Assembly: GCA_051362555.1 (NCBI GenBank)
Contig: CM120641.1
Span: 33,672,401 to 33,736,400 of the forward strand
DNA length: 64,000 bases
Source of the DNA: Lingula anatina
Lineage: Eukaryota; Animalia; Brachiopoda
Direction: 5' to 3'
A program made the translations under genes and the position numbers. The notes under the pieces are model-generated. The model did not search any database. It had not been told where the DNA came from and saw only the letters and a list, made by a program, of their open reading frames with translations. Position 1 is the stretch's first letter; each line of letters begins with the position of its first letter. Shown here piece by piece: positions 63,093-64,000 of this stretch.

Positions 63093-64000
63093 CAGTGATC
63101 ATTTTACCTTTAAATATTATGAGTCCAACAGGACGCACATGATACTGAACAATGGGTCCCTGCCGATTGTGATGGGTCCCAGTCATTTTGAACAATAAAG
63201 GTTACCACAAAACTAACAATTTGTTACTTTTATTTTTTCAAGTTTCTTTATTTAAGCGATATGACAGTGACGAGTTTACTTCAGTTCATATAGGCCTATC
63301 CACGGATCTTTCACCATCCCATTACGTTTATTTGCCGATGTACATGCATCACAATACATGAAATCAGTCCCATCCTCATTTTTTATACCTTAACCAAGCA
63401 TAGAGCTTTGTCCAGTGTTGTTTGAAGGAACGGATTTTCCTTTTTGACTCCGTTTTTGCCTCCGTCAAACATTCATCAGCGTCACTCTCACTCTCAGCCT
63501 CAACGGCAGTCACAGCAATTACTGTCTCAGAAGTTTTCTCTAACTCGGCTTAACTCTGTCTCACCTTAAATATATTCTATATTGTCTGTTGGCTACTGTC
63601 CATTAATAATTGCTTTTTCGGAAGCATGGTCGGATGGTCGCTGAGCAGACGAACACGCTGCGGAAAATCTATTTTAGTCGAAAATAGGTCAAGTGTAGAG
63701 TGGAGTGTGCAAAGCAGATGAACAGTTTTGCCATTACTAACAATTGATAGTATTTGCTATTTGATGCGTAAACAGCCAATCAGCTGGCATTTAACATCAA
63801 GTCTAACGGAAGCTATTGTAACAATTCAATACAACAACGGGAAAACGAACATGATTAACGTACTTAAATGACTAGTTTTTTATGCGGATCAGCGATGCAT
63901 ATGGACAGGTTATTTACGAATCTCACACAATTTAAAATCTTTGCGTCCATGAGGACGCATATGCTATAAAACTCTGCGTCTTAGGTAAAAAATGTGCGTC
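63093..64000 (-). mobile_element. hAT element remnant with decayed N-terminal TTF-type zinc finger (63300-63627); runs off the window
   Basis: CAGTG terminus, gacgca/tgcgtc subterminal motifs. Minus-strand KRKIRSFKQHWTKLYAWLRY/GTDFMYCDACTSANKRN, with stops and a frameshift. Confidence 0.7.

Noticed and set aside
1-64000. Autonomous Helentron, RT/integrase, tRNA or rRNA genes
   Set aside because: No long ORFs or recognisable motifs or structures for these were seen.

Overview
AT-rich eukaryotic DNA, probably from a marine invertebrate (inferred from the repeat families; the species cannot be determined). The window is mostly nested transposons filling large introns (4-21 kb) of one minus-strand host gene that the ORF track misses. 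Four phase-compatible GT-AG exons (46403-46474, 29152-29253, 8308-8351, 3860-3996) encode a signal peptide plus an SEA-like domain; a candidate upstream exon lies at 59967-59994 and the gene probably continues off the left edge. The introns hold three non-autonomous Helentron (HINE-like) families. One carries arrays of a 146-bp satellite densely packed with nuclear-receptor motifs. Also present: two Academ-type elements (one with a decayed transposase), a 3' fragment of an env-bearing LTR retroelement, several TTAA Kolobok-type elements, a hAT5-like element, Harbinger-type MITEs, an AT-TSD ISL2EU-like element, an IS3EU-like remnant with HECT-like cargo, a LINE fragment and a hAT remnant. No rRNA, tRNA or CRISPR was found. 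Family names come from termini, TSDs and motifs recognised by eye, not from database searches.
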